A stretch of DNA of 64,000 nucleotides from Rebecca billardiae RCC1528 (GCA_965240325.2 OZ251223.1:4464001-4528000), one strand, 5' to 3'; shown: positions 21,812 through 33,744, counted from the stretch's first letter. Notes: generated by a model from the letters alone, not told the origin. A program made the numbers and translations.

Positions 21812-24800
21812 ATGGACTTTGCGCAGTTCGAGGAGGTGATCCGCAACGTGCTGCACCCGGACAACGCGGTGCGCCGCGCCGCGGAGCTCGAGTTCAACAA
21901 GACCAAGGCGCAGAGCCCCGCGCTCCTCGTGGCCGCGCTGCTCGAGCTGCTCTCCACGAGCGCGGACGAGCTGGTGAGACGCGCGCGCGCGCGCGGCACG
22001 CACACGGACGCGCGCGGCGGCCCGCGAGCCCGCGCGCGGGGCTGGGAGCGGCGGTGGCGCTGCGCTGACCCGCGCCCTCCGCCCCCCCGCGCGCGCGCCG
22101 CCCGTGGCGCAGGTGCGCACCTCGTGCGCGGTGCTCGCGCGCCGCCAGCTGAGTTCACTCTACCCCAAGCTGCCCGCCGACTCGCAGGCGGCGACGAAGG
22201 CGGCGCTGCTCGCGTGCCTGCAGCGCGAGCCGGTGGGCGCGGTGCGCCGCAAGGTGTGCGACGCCGTCGCGCTGCTCGGCGCCGAGCTCCTCGAGGCCGA
22301 CGCGAGCGCGTGGCCGCAGCTGAGCGAGCAGCTGCTGCTCGGCCGCACTGAGGCCCACGCGGGCGCGGAGGCGCTGCACGCGCGGCTGGTGGTGCTGGGC
22401 GAGCTCGCGTGGGCGCTGATCGTGCCGCGCGACGGCCTCGACCCCGCCGCCGCCGAGCACGCCCGCGGCCGCCTCCTCGAGCTGTGCGCGTGCGCGCTCG
22501 GGCCCGCGCAGCCCGCCGCCGTGCGCGCCGAGGGCCTGGCTGCGCTCGAGGCGGCGCTGCTCGCGGCGAGCGAGGGCGCGGAGGAGGACGAGGCGGCGCG
22601 GCCCGCGCTCACGGCGTTCGTCGCGCGCGCGCGCGAGCTCTTCCCCGCGGCGATGTCCGCCGTCGAGTCCCTCCTCGGCGGGTGCGACGAGTGCGCCGCC
22701 CTGCGCTCGCTCGAGGGGCTGGTGTCGGTGGCCACGTCCGCGCCCGCCTTCTTCGAGGGCGCGGCGCAGCAGCTCGTGCAGGTGAGGGGCGGGCGGCGCG
22801 CGCGCGGGGGGGAGGGCGCGCGCGCCGAGCGCGCGGCTGGGCTGCGCTCGCGCGGGCGGGCGGGCGGCGCGCGGCGCTGACGGCCCCCGTTGGCGCACGT
22901 GGGCTGCCGCCTGCCCTGCCCTGCCCTGCCCTGCCCCCGCCTGCCCTCCCCCCGCCCCTGCCCCTCGCTCCGTGTGGCTGCGTGGCTGCGTGGCTGCGTG
23001 TCTGCGTGCGCGCACAGGCGATGATGGCGGTGGTCGAGTCGTCGCAGCTGCCGAGCGCGGCGCGCCAGCTGGGCGTGGAGGCGGTCGTCTCGCTGTGCGA
23101 GGCCGGGCAGCACATCGTCGCGTCCGAGCTGGGCGCGGCGCCGCTCGCCGCCGCCATCGTGCCCCTGCTCGCGCGGCTGATGGTGCGCGCGCACGGCTGC
23201 GCGGACGTGGCGGAGTGGGCGGCGGCGCACGCGCAGGGCGGCGACGCGGACGAAGGCGAGGAGGCGGAGGCGGAGCTGGCGAGCGCGAGGGAGGCGGCGC
23301 ACCGGCTGGGCGAGGCGCTGGGCGGCGAGGCGCTCGCGCCCGCGCTGCTGCGCGCGCTCGCCGAGCTCGGCGCCTCCGCCGCCGCCTCCGACGGCGCGGA
23401 CGGCGCCGGCTGCCTGCACGCCGCGCTCACGCTGCTGGGCTGGTGCGCGGAGGCGTGCGCCGACCAGCTCGCGCCCACGCTGCCGCAGCTGCTCGCCCAG
23501 CTCGTCGGGCCGGGCGCGGCGCACGCGCACCCGCGCGTGCGCTGGGCCGCGCTGGACGCGCTCGGCCTGCTGTGCGACACGCCGCTGGGGCTGCCGCTGT
23601 GCGACGCGCGCGCGCACGGCGCGCAGTGCGTGGCGACGGTGGGCGGGCTGCTCGCGGACGCCGAGCCCGCCGTCGCGCGCCACGCCGCGCGCGTGCTGTG
23701 CGGCGTGTGCGTCGCGGCGGGCGTGGACGAGACCGGCTCGGTGCTGGACGAGGCGGCGGCGCGCAACGCGGCCGAGCTGCTCGCGCCCGCCGCCGCGCAG
23801 CTCGGCGCGCGCCTGCTGCCGCTGCTCGCGCCCGGCGCGCCGGCGGGCGTGGCGCACGCGGCGACCGACGCGGCGGGCCTGCTCGGCACCGCCGCGGGCG
23901 CGGACGCGCTCGGCGAGGCGCGCGGCGCGCTGCTGCGCGCGCTCAGCGAGCGCATCCACGCGCCGGCCGGCTCGGCGCGCGCCGCGGCGATCGAGGCGGC
24001 GGGCGCACTCTCCGCCACCTCCGCCGCGCTCGCCGCCACGGACGGCTGTGCGCTGCTGGGCGCGCTGCCGCCGCTGCTCGCGGAGGCGGAGGCGCGCGGC
24101 GCGGACGACCTCGCCGAGCTCCACGCCGCGGCGTACGCCGCGGCTGCGCACGTGGCGCGCGCGCTCGGCGCCTCCATCGAGCCATCGGTGCTGGGCGCGG
24201 CGCTCGGGCGCGCGCTGAGCGCGGCGGCCGCGCCGGTGGAGGTGCGCGTGGAGACGCTGAGCGAGGAGGAGGCGGCGGCGGCGGAGGAGGCGGAGGAGGG
24301 CGACGAGGAGGGCGCGGGCGCGCTGGGCGGCTGGACCTCCACCGTGCTCAAGTGCGGCGGTGGTGCGCGCGCGCTGCGCCCGAGCGCCGCACCTCCGCCC
24401 GTGTGCGCGCGCGCCCCCTCTCTCTCGCGCGGTGCGCGCGCCGCCCCGCGCCTCAGCCGCCCGCGCTCCGCCGCGGCCCTGCCGTCGCCCCTGCGCCGCG
24501 GCGCAGGCGTGTTCAAGCGCGTCTGCGTGAACGAGGCGGGCGCGGAGGCGAAGCAGGCCGCGCTGTGCGCGCTGCACACCCTCGCCGAGCACACGGGCGC
24601 GGCGTTCTGGCCGCACGCGGCGCGCGCGATGGCGGTGCTGATGGCGGACGAGGAGGGCTGCGCGCCCGGCTGCGGGCTGGCCGGGTACAAGCCGCTGCCC
24701 GCGGTGCGGCGCGACGCGGCGTTCGGCCACGCGGAGCTCAACAAGGCGGCCGCCGCCGCGCTCCGCGCCGGCGCCGCCTCCGCGGCCGAGGTTTGCGCGA

Positions 24801-26209
24801 TGGCGGAGGCGTCCGCGCGCACGCTGGGCGCGCAGCTCGCGCGCGAGCAGGACGACGGCGCCGCGTGCGCGCAGCTGTACGCGCTCAAGGTGCGGCGCGC
24901 GCGCCGCCCAGCGCGCAGCGCGCGCGCACCGCGGCCTCGCCCGCGCTCACGCCGCGCGCCTCCTGCCCCCTGCTGTGTGCGTGCGCAGGAGATCGTGCTG
25001 GGCGCGCACGGCTGCGGCGCGCACGGCGTGGGCCTGGGCGCGGCCACGCTCAACGGCTGCGTGCTCGAGCCCGCGCGCGCGGTGCTGCGGCGCAGCGCGG
25101 TGGTCCGGACGCTCGCCACCACCGCCAAGCAGCTCGGCGCCGCCGCCGCCGCCAAGGCCGCCGGCGCGTCCGCGTCCGCCGCCGCCGCGGCGGGCGCCTC
25201 CGCCGAGCTGCTCGGCGCGGAGGCGGAGGGCGCGGGCGCGCTGGACGAGGGCGCGCTCGGCGTGCTGGAGGAGGCCGCGGAGCTCGTGTGCGCGCTGCTG
25301 CGCTGCCACGGGCTGGACGGGCTGGCGTGCGCGGAGGGCGTGCTGCTGCCCGCGCTCGTCTCTCTGCTCTCCGCCGACGACGCCGCCGTGCGCGCGGACG
25401 GCGGCGCGGCGCGTCTGCGCGCGGTGGGCGCGTGCGTGGTGCGCGCGCTGCTCGAGGGCTGCGCGCCGCACCACGCGGCCCTTGGCGCGGCGCCGGCGCC
25501 GAGCGGCGCGGGCGCGGCGCCGCGCGCCGCGCCGCTCGGCGCGGAGCACGCCGCGTCCAAGTACGTGCACGCCGCGCTGCCCGCGCTGCTCGCGATGGCG
25601 GCGCCGCCCGAGCGCCACGCCGCCGCGGCGCACGCCGACGCCGCCGCCGCCGCGCTGCGCGCGCTGGGCGCGGCCGCGGAGCGCGGCGGCAAGCTGCTCA
25701 CCAACAAGGCGTGCGCGCAGGGCGCGGCGGCGGCGCTGGGCTGGCTGCAGCGGCCGGGCGCGTTCGACCGCACCTGCCACGCCGCGTGCTCCGCCGCGAC
25801 GCTCGCGCTCGGCTCGCTGCTCGCGTGCCGCGGCCGCGCGCTGCCCGAGAGCGGCGGCGCGCTGCTCGAGTTTGGGCGCGCGCTGCCGCAGCTGCGCGCG
25901 CTGGAGGACGTGCCGTGCGGCGCGCGGCTGCTGTGCGCGCTGGCGGAGGGCGAGGAGGCGGGGCGCGCGCTGGCGGGCGCGCTCGAGGCGCAGGGCGACG
26001 CGCTGCTGCCGTGCCTCCTCGCCGCGCTCGCGCGCACGCTCGGCGCGTGCGCGGCGGACGACGCGCCCCTGTGCGCGCGCGCGGGCGCGCTCGCCAAGCG
26101 GCTCGCCGACGGCGCGGGCTCGGAGCGGCTGGCCGCGCTCGCGGCCGCGGGCGCGCTCAGCGCCGAGCAGCAGCAGCTGCTCGCCACCGCCGTCGCCGCG
26201 GCCAACTGA
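21812..26209 (+). CDS. IPO5: Importin-beta family karyopherin (importin-5/Pse1-like HEAT-repeat protein); introns 21974-22112, 22782-23017, 24363-24506, 24890-24988
   Basis: IBN_N-like 'LHPDNAVRRAAELEFN...LVRTSCAVLARR', 'AVRRKVCDAVA', 'HPRVRWAALDALG', 'EAKQAALCAL'; canonical splice sites restore the frame. Confidence 0.8.
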
Positions 26210-26306
26210 GCGCCCGGGCCGGGGCGGCGGCCCGGAGCGCGCGAGCCGCCGACGCACCGACGCATGCAGGGGGGGAGCAGGGGGGGGCTGTAACGGGGAG
26301 GGCGCT

Positions 26307-26339
<33 letters not shown>

Positions 26340-27234
26340 AGCACGCGGCGACGCGCGGCGCGCAGGGCGGGCGGCGGGTGGCGAGAAGTGGCGGGGAGAG
26401 GGAGTGTGCACACCTCAGGGCGGGCAGGGGGGAGCTGGCGGGACACGGCCGCCTGGTCGCTCGTGGGCGGCGCAGGCGGTACCGCGCCCGCGCGGCCCGC
26501 ATGTTTCGGCGCTGCGAGCTCACGGGCCTAATCGTCGGACCCTCGGGCTTGGGCCGCTCGGGGCTCGGGCGGCAGCCGGCCAGTTGGCGAATTATAGTAC
26601 TACGACTACAGTCTACACTACGGACTCGTCACTCGTCACTCAGCAGTCTCAGCACGGGCGGTCGGACGACTGCCATTCCGCCCGCGCCGGGAGTGTGCGG
26701 GCCGGGCCCGGCCCCGTCGGCCCCGCGCCGGCCCCCGGGCCGGGCCGGGCCCGGGCGGCCCGGACGGACTCGGACGGGGCGGCCCGGGCCCCGGCGGCCC
26801 GCCGCCCCGCCGGGCCGCCGGCGCGGCCGGCGGCCGGCATCGTCATCGTGCTGATGCTGAGAGAGAGAGAGAGTAGAGAGAGAGATATGCAGCATCGTCA
26901 TCATCAGCATCGACTCGTCTGCATGCAGCATGGCGACCTCGTCGGACGATAGCGTCGTCGGCGGTAGCGCGCATCATGCATCAGCGCGCAGGCATATGCT
27001 TATTGGCGCGTCACATCCGCCGTGATCCGCCGACTCCGAGGGCGGCTTCCGACTCCGAGGTGCCCAGCCCCACCGCCACCACCACCCGCCACCGCCCACC
27101 GGGCCCGGCAGCCGGCGCCGCCGCGCCGCGGTCCGCCGAGTTCGTGCTCCACTGATGGGGAGAGGCGTGCGAGCGGCTTTGCCAGCCGCTAGCACTCCCT
27201 GCAGGCCTGCAGCCGCTCCTCACCGAGGGCCCAG

Positions 27235-28056
27235 TCACGAGGGCGGCGCTGAGGCGGGGGCTGAGCCGGGGGCGGGCTCGTCGTGCGCGGCGGCGGCGTC
27301 GGCGTCGTGGGCCGCTGTGGCGACGGGCGCGATGTACACGGCGATGCTTCGCCTCGGCGGCGCCGCCCGCGCCGTCTGCGCACCGAGCGCGCCCGTCGCG
27401 CGCGCTGCGGCGCGCGGCGTGGTGCGGTGCGCGCCCGTGTCCGAGCGCGCGGTCAGGCTGCCCGCGGGCGGCCGGCCCTCGACGCCCAGCTCCGCGGCGG
27501 TGGCGATCACGTGGTCGGAGCGCAGGAGGTCGATCGCGCTCCGCATGACGGCCTTTGCGTTGGACGCCGGCGACGTGGCGCGCGGCGGCGACGTCGGCGC
27601 CTGCCGCGGCGACGGTCTGCGCGCGCTGCTGCGCGGGTGTGCGGGCGAGACAAACACTCGCTGCTGCATCGGCCCTGGGGGGGCGCGCACGGCAGAGCCG
27701 GGGCGGAGGGGCTGGCGCGAGGCGCCCGGCTCGAGGCGGCGCGCTTGCAGGATGGCCAGGTCGCCACGCTGCATCGAGAGCCACGCCTGCCACTCGCTCA
27801 CGATCTCGTCCTCGACGAGCGACTCGGCCTCCGGCTCGTCCCGCTCGTCCCAGCCGCGCTCGGAGCGCTGGGAGCGCTGGGAGCGCGGGGTCGAGGGCGG
27901 CGGCGCGGCCGGCGTGCCGTGCGTTCTGCCCTCGCGGTGTACGTACGGGGAGACCCAGGCGCTGCCATCCCGCGGCGTGCGCGCGCGCGACGAGCCCCCC
28001 GCGCGCGGGGGCTGCGACGACGCCCAGCGCGCCTGCCGCGGCTGGGCGGAGGCCAT
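27235..28056 (-). CDS. Hypothetical protein
   Basis: ATG at 28056, divergent from SelT; ordered segments 'ESLVEDEIVSEWQAWLSMQRGDL' and 'MRSAIDLLRSDHVIATAAELGV'. Confidence 0.5.
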   Translation of the reverse strand: MASAQPRQARWASSQPPRAGGSSRARTPRDGSAWVSPYVHREGRTHGTPAAPPPSTPRSQRSQRSERGWDERDEPEAESLVEDEIVSEWQAWLSMQRGDLAILQARRLEPGASRQPLRPGSAVRAPPGPMQQRVFVSPAHPRSSARRPSPRQAPTSPPRATSPASNAKAVMRSAIDLLRSDHVIATAAELGVEGRPPAGSLTARSDTGAHRTTPRAAARATGALGAQTARAAPPRRSIAVYIAPVATAAHDADAAAAHDEPAPGSAPASAPPS

Positions 28057-28212
28057 GGCGCCCAGCCGGAGCCGTTGCTGCGCTCGAACCGAGCGACAGC
28101 TGATGAACAGGTCTGCAGTTCTCCGCACACGGCCGGGGAGCGCCCGGACTCGCAGATTTTCACTCATCCGATCGAGGGGGGCGGCCACCCCTTCGTCGCG
28201 GCCAGCGTGGCC

Positions 28213-28926
28213 ATGCCGTACGTGGACAAGCACGGGCGCGTGCAGCAGGGCGCGGCGGGCTCGTCGCGCCGCGGGCTGACGAGCCAGCAGCGCACCGCGC
28301 TGAGCATCTGCGCCGTGCTCGTGCTGCCCTCGCTCGCGCTGCGCTCCTTCAACGCGTGGCGGCGCGACGAGAAGGTCGACCTCTCGGCGTTTGCGGTGAG
28401 CGCGCAGCCCTTCGACACGCCCGCCATCGAGAAGGTGGACGGCACGGTGCGCATCGAGTTCTGCATGAGCTGACAGGTGAAGGGGCAGTTCGCTCGCGTC
28501 GCGAACGAGCTGCGCTCCGCGGCGCCGCAGGTGCCGCTCGCCGCCGCCGCGTACGTGCCGCCCGTGCGCGTGCAGGCGGCCGTCAAGGCCGTGCGCGCGG
28601 CGCAGGTGGTCGCGCTCACGGCGTACGTCTTCGGCGAGCAGCTGCTGCCCGCCACGCCGCGCGTGCACACGCTGCTCGCCACCGCGCGCGAGCAGCGCTT
28701 CCCCCTCGGCCTCGCCCTCTACGTCTCGCACCTGGGCTGCGAGCTCGCGTACTCGAGCTCCGCGTTCGAGGTCACGTGGAACGGGGCGGTGCTCTTCTCC
28801 AAGCTGAAGGAGGGGCGCTTCCCGAGGCCGGGGGAGATCGCGGAGAAGGTGGAGGCCGCCCTCGCCGCGCAGAAGGGCGCGCTCGTCGCGCTCGACGCGG
28901 GCGAGGACGACGCGGCCGCCGTGTAG
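28213..28926 (+). CDS. SELENOT: Selenoprotein T (Rdx/thioredoxin-like fold, CxxU motif); TGA 28471-28473 encodes Sec87
   Basis: 'VRIEFCMS-TGA-QVKGQF' stays in frame to the SelT C-terminus 'SSAFEVTWNGAVLFSKLKEGRFP'; central hydrophobic segment; SECIS in the 3' UTR. Confidence 0.93.
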
Positions 28927-29020
28927 GCCGCTGTAGGCCGCGCCACGCCCGCGGCGCACGCGCCGGGGCGTGGCGCGTGCGCTAGGCGCGCGGGGAGAGG
29001 GGAGCGGCGCGAGACACGTG

Positions 29021-29101
29021 AGCGCCCGCAGACATGACGGGCCCGCCGCAAAGCGCCGATACGCGCGCCAGGCGGATGCCCTGACCGCACGAGCGGTCGC
29101 T
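29021..29101 (+). promoter_or_regulatory. Eukaryotic SECIS element (type II) in the SelT 3' UTR
   Basis: ATGA (29034-37), stem GGGC-CCGCC, apical AAA (29050-52), ministem GCGC/GCGC, return strand GGCGG-AT-GCCC, TGAC (29082-85); lower helix AGCG-CCGC/GCGG-TCGCT. Confidence 0.88.
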
Positions 29102-29505
29102 GCAGGCGCGAGGCCCGGCCTCGGCGTGCGCGCGGCGGCTGCGCCGTCCCAGGGCCCGGAGCCCGCGGGGGCGGCGCACGCAGCCGCGCGCGCGCGCCAC
29201 GAGGCAGGGCCCCGCCAGCAGCACCGCGCGGGCCTCACGGGTTCGCCGCTCCCCGGCTGCTAGTGTTTGAGCCGAGCTCGGTCCTCCGGTGCTCGAGATA
29301 CGCCATTCGCAGGACTCCCATTGCCACCGAAGTTGAGACACGTACTACGTTCAGTGTACACTGAGTCGTACGTACCCGGTAATAGTGTGCTGAAACCGCC
29401 CGGACGGCGGCCGGTGGCGAGCGGCAGTCGGCACGTCCGCCGAGCCTCCGCGGGGTCTCACTTGGACCGCCAGCCTCTTGCGCCCGCGCCCGCGGCTGGA
29501 TCAGC

Positions 29506-30417
29506 ATGGCGGCGACGCGCTTCGTGCTTGTGACGGGCGGGAACAAGGGGATCGGCTATGCCATCTGCGAGCGGCTGCTGGCGGAGCACGCGGACACGCA
29601 CGTCTTCCTGGGCGCGCGCGATGCGGCGCGTGGGCAGGCGGCGGCCGACAAGCTCGGCGCGAGCGCGGCTGGGCGGGTGGCGTTCGTCCAGATCGACGTC
29701 GGGTCGGACGCGTCGGTGAGCGCGGCCGCGGAGGCGGTGAAGGCCAAGCTCGGCGGCGAGAAGCTGTACGGCATCGTGCACAACGCCGGGCTCTTCACCG
29801 GCTCGAAGCTGAGCGAGGTGCTCTCGGTGAACGTGCGCGGGCCGATGCGCGTCACGCGCGCGTTCGAGCCGCTCCTGCGCGCCGAGGGCGGGCGCGTGGT
29901 GGTCGTGTCCTCGGCGTCGGGGCCCAACTTCGTCGCCGCGAGCAAGGTGCCCGAGACGGTGGCGCGCCTCACCGACGCCAAGCTCAGCCTGGCGCAGGCG
30001 AGTGCGATGGCGGACGAGTGCGAGGCGCTGGCGGCCGCGGGCGCGGACGGCTCCGCCTTCCTCGCCAAGGGGTACGGCTCGGGCATGATGGGCGAGATGG
30101 AGGGGTACGGGCTGTCGAAGGCGCTCGTCAACGCGTACACGCTCGCCCTCGCGCACGAGCGCCCCGCCCTGCTCGTCTCCGCGTGCACGCCCGGCTTCAT
30201 CGAGACCGACCTCACGCGCGGCTTTGCGATCGCGCAGGGCCAGACGCCGCAGGAGATGGGGATGAAGAGCCCGCACGAGGGCGCGAGCGCGCCGCTGCAC
30301 TGCCTGATCGCCGAGCTGCCTGGCTCGGGGCTGTACTGGGGCTCCGACTGCAAGCGCTCCCCGCTGCACAAGTACCGCGGCCCGGGCGAGCCCGAGTACA
30401 CGGGCACCGACCAGTAA
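29506..30417 (+). CDS. Short-chain dehydrogenase/reductase, carbonyl-reductase-like
   Basis: 'VLVTGGNKGIG', 'VHNAG', 'VVVSSASG', catalytic 'YGLSK', 'CTPGFIETDL'. Confidence 0.93.
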   Translation: MAATRFVLVTGGNKGIGYAICERLLAEHADTHVFLGARDAARGQAAADKLGASAAGRVAFVQIDVGSDASVSAAAEAVKAKLGGEKLYGIVHNAGLFTGSKLSEVLSVNVRGPMRVTRAFEPLLRAEGGRVVVVSSASGPNFVAASKVPETVARLTDAKLSLAQASAMADECEALAAAGADGSAFLAKGYGSGMMGEMEGYGLSKALVNAYTLALAHERPALLVSACTPGFIETDLTRGFAIAQGQTPQEMGMKSPHEGASAPLHCLIAELPGSGLYWGSDCKRSPLHKYRGPGEPEYTGTDQ

Positions 30418-31122
30418 TTAGTGATGCGCGCGCGCGGACCGTCCCGAGACGCTCTGAGGACAACTGGACAATCGTCTAGGCTGCTACGGACACGGTGCAG
30501 CAGTGGTCAACGGGCACGGACGTAAAAGACGGCGGACCGTGTCGATTGCCGCGGCGGTGTCCGCCGCATCATGCAGCGGGTCCACGGGCACGGCCCGGCG
30601 TCGCGGCGGAGCCGGAGTGCATGACGGCAGGCGGTGATGCTGCGGATGGCGACCGACGGTGACGGCACGGCCGTGCTTGAAGTTAAAGTGATGCTGATGA
30701 TGATAATGATTACGTACTACGACTTGCTTACTGCGCGATTTACGACGCGAGGTCGCGAGCAGCTATAGCAGGCCGGCGTGATCCGCGGTGATCGACAATC
30801 AGACCGGCGCGGCGCGATACCGTGATGTATCTGGTCACGGCGCCGGCAGTCGGCGGCCCTGCTCGCGGCGCCGAGTGCTGGTGACCGCACAGGCGGCACC
30901 CTGCCGCAGCACAGCCGTCGTAGGCCGTAGCTGAGCAACCTCGTGCTCGCAGACGAACCAACCTCCGAGCGGCAGGCGGGCAGGGCGGCTGCGCCTGAGG
31001 CGGCATGATCCGGGTCCGCAGCCTGATCCGGGTACAGACACTCGTCAGCACGCGAGCCGTGCGTCGGGCAGCGCCAGCTGATCGCGCCCCGATGGCACCG
31101 GCGCCCCGCCGCTGGCGCGCGC

Positions 31123-31962
31123 TCAGCCCTTGAGCTGCTTGCACAGCCAGTCGAGCCCCTCGAAGAGCCCGTCGCCCGTGGCTGCGCTGCACGCCTGGAT
31201 GTGCCACGCGTGCCCCTGGATCTCCTCCAGCCCGAGCGCCTCGCAGATGGCGTACACGTCGGCCGCGCCCGCCATGTCCTGCTTGTTGGCGAGCACGAGC
31301 ACCGACGCCGCCTCCATCTCGGGAAGCGCGAGCATCTGCTGCAGCTCCGAGCCTGCGCGCCGCGCGATGCGCGCGCGAGCGGCGCCGCGTGAGGCGGGCG
31401 CGCGCTGGCCGAGCCCGGCGGCGCGCGGCGCGCACCAGCCTCCTCGAGGCGGTCCTTGTCGTTGGAGTCCACGACGAAGATGAGCGAGTCCGTGTTTCGG
31501 CAGTAGTGCCGCCACAGGGGGCGGATCTTCTCCTGGCCGCCCACGTCCCACACCGTCATCTCGAGGTTGCGGTACTTGAGGCTCTCCGCGTTGAAGCCGA
31601 TCGTGGGCGCGGTCGTGATGTACTTGTTGAGCTTCAGCCTGTAGAGCACTGCGCGGGGCGCGGCGGGGGAGGGGTCGAGTGGCCGCGGGCGTGTTGGCGC
31701 GCCGCGCAGCAGGCGTGCTCGCCGATGGGTCGCGCGCTCGACGTGCGCGCTGGCTCGCGCGCGCGCGGCGCGGGCGGGCGTGCGGACCGGTGGTCTTGCC
31801 CGAGCCGTCCAGGCCGAGCATGAGGATGCGCACGTTGCGGTTCAGGACGAGCGCGCCAAGGATCTTTGAGAACGCCGAGCCGCCCTCCGCCACGCCCGCC
31901 AACGTGGCGAGCGCGACGAACGTGGCGAGTATCAAGCGCCGCGCGACACGTGTCGTCGCCAT
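31123..31962 (-). CDS. ADP-ribosylation-factor (Arf) family GTPase with an N-terminal signal-peptide-like extension; introns 31649-31787 and 31353-31435
   Basis: '[13 protein letters not shown]|[62 protein letters not shown]'. Confidence 0.93.
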   Translation of the reverse strand: MATTRVARRLILATFVALATLAGVAEGGSAFSKILGALVLNRNVRILMLGLDGSGKTTGPHARPRRARASQRARRARDPSASTPAARRANTPAATRPLPRRAPRSALQAEAQQVHHDRAHDRLQRGEPQVPQPRDDGVGRGRPGEDPPPVAALLPKHGLAHLRRGLQRQGPPRGGWCAPRAAGLGQRAPASRGAARARIARRAGSELQQMLALPEMEAASVLVLANKQDMAGAADVYAICEALGLEEIQGHAWHIQACSAATGDGLFEGLDWLCKQLKG

Positions 31963-32277
31963 CGTCAATGACCGTCGTCGCGTGAACCACCGGACGCGTC
32001 ATCGGCGGCGGCGGGCGGCGGTGCCTAGAAATGCTTTTTCTGCCATCAACAAATCGAATTCTGGGCAGATTGTCGATTCTTCCGGAGATGACGATTTCCC
32101 AGATTCCCTCCCTCCCTGGCCAGCGCGCAAACACTGAAACGCGGTCCGCGAAGACCATGATTAGAGCGAATGAACGCTTTGCCGGCCAAAGTTCAGCGTG
32201 ACCCTTGTCATGAGGCGGTCCACTCCCTCGGCGACGCACGTCCTCCCAGGTCAAGGGGCTGCGTAGCGCACGCCCGG

Positions 32278-33744
32278 ATGCACGGCGGGCCGGATGACAT
32301 GCCGCCGCGGCGGAGGGCGTTGCTGCTCCTCGCGGCGGCCGTTTCGATCGTGGCGCTCTCGGGGGCCGTCTTCGGCTGGCCCGCCATGCGCCGCATCGCG
32401 CGGCGCGACGGGCTGCTCGTGGACACGTGCGACGCCGCGCACGACGCTGACACGGACGAGCCGTGCCCCGCGCAGGAGCTGGCGTTCGGCGTGATCTACA
32501 CGGTGGGCTCGTGGGCCAACCAGGCTGCCCGGCTGCCCGTCGGCGCGCTCCTCGACCGCGTCGGCCCGAGGCGCACGGTGCTGCTCGCCGCGCTCACGTT
32601 TGCGGCCGGCTCGGTCGTGTTTGGGTTTGACAGCTCGCTCGGCGGGCTGGCGCTCGGGTACGGGCTGATCGGGATGGGCGGCGCGGGGATCCAGCTCGCG
32701 GTGCAGTCGACGTCGGCCCTGTTCCCGCGCAACCGCTCCGCCGCGATGGCGACCCTCTCGGGCGCCTTCCAGTTCTCGTCGCTCGTGTACTTGCTGTTTG
32801 AGGGCGCGCACGGCGCGCTCGGCCTCAGCCGCGCGGCGCTCATGACGGGGCACGCGCTGGTGGCGACCGTCGTCGGGGGCGCGGGGCTGTGCCTGTGGCG
32901 CGACACGCCGTTCGGCCTGCGCGCGCCGCGCGCGGCCGCCGCGCCCGCCGCCGCCGCCGCGCCGAGCGCGAGCGCGGCGAGTGCGGCCCTGCTCGAGGCG
33001 GGCTCCTTCCGGCAGCAGGCGCTGTCCGCCGAGTACGCGCTGATGCTCGCCTTCTTCTGCCTGCACATGCTGCCGGCGCAGTTCACCGTGGGCACGATGG
33101 GCACGCAGCTCGAGCTCAAGGGCGACTCGGACGGCGCCGCCACGCGCGGGTACGCCACCATCTTCGCCGCGTCCGCGCTGATCACGCCGGGCGTCGGCCA
33201 CCTGATCGACCGGCTCGGCTTCCCCGCGATGATGGTGGCGGTCACGCTCGCGCTCGCGGGGAGCTACGCCATCCTGATCGCGCCGTCGCTCGAGGCGCAG
33301 TGGGCGGCGTTCGTGCTCTACGCGTGCGGCCGCGTCTCGCTGTGGGCCATCTTCTTCTCGTACGTCGGCGTGGCGTTTGGGTTCCGCCACTACGGCAAGC
33401 TGGCGGGCGGCGGTCTGTTTGTGGGCGCGTGCATCTCGCTGCTGCAGTACGCGGCGCTCACCGCGACGTTCGGCGAGAGCGGCGGCGACTTTGCGCCGGT
33501 GAACGCGGCGTGGTGCGCGCTCGCCCTGCTCTCGCTCGTGCCGGCCACGCTGCTCGGCCGGCGGATACATCGCGCCGCCGCGGCCGACCGTGCGAGCTCC
33601 GCACGGCAGCGGCCCGGCGCGGACAGCGAGCTCGCAGCCGGGCGGCAGCCCAGCGGCACGCAGCAGCCTGCCGACCTCGGCGGCGGCAGCGCGGACTGGG
33701 ATGCAGCGGCGCCCGATCGCGCGAAGGCCGACCCGCGCAGGTAG
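32278..33744 (+). CDS. MFS transporter, SLC43/LAT3-Fmp42-like
   Basis: About 12 hydrophobic segments; 'SGAVFGWPA', Cys-bounded loop 'C...C.AQE', 'GALLDRVGPR', 'GHLIDRLG', 'FGFRHYGKLAG'. Start is 32278 or 32299. Confidence 0.85.
   Translation: MHGGPDDMPPRRRALLLLAAAVSIVALSGAVFGWPAMRRIARRDGLLVDTCDAAHDADTDEPCPAQELAFGVIYTVGSWANQAARLPVGALLDRVGPRRTVLLAALTFAAGSVVFGFDSSLGGLALGYGLIGMGGAGIQLAVQSTSALFPRNRSAAMATLSGAFQFSSLVYLLFEGAHGALGLSRAALMTGHALVATVVGGAGLCLWRDTPFGLRAPRAAAAPAAAAAPSASAASAALLEAGSFRQQALSAEYALMLAFFCLHMLPAQFTVGTMGTQLELKGDSDGAATRGYATIFAASALITPGVGHLIDRLGFPAMMVAVTLALAGSYAILIAPSLEAQWAAFVLYACGRVSLWAIFFSYVGVAFGFRHYGKLAGGGLFVGACISLLQYAALTATFGESGGDFAPVNAAWCALALLSLVPATLLGRRIHRAAAADRASSARQRPGADSELAAGRQPSGTQQPADLGGGSADWDAAAPDRAKADPRR

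Noticed and set aside
2346-26952. Very long Ala/Arg/Pro-rich ORFs antisense or out of frame to real genes (e.g. 22609..26523-, 22972..26952+, 16970..19936-)
   Set aside because: Shadow ORFs caused by high GC and stop-codon scarcity; no domain motifs.
30620-30670. ATGA...GA stem after the SDR gene as a second SECIS
   Set aside because: No apical AA, stem too short, and the SDR has no in-frame TGA.
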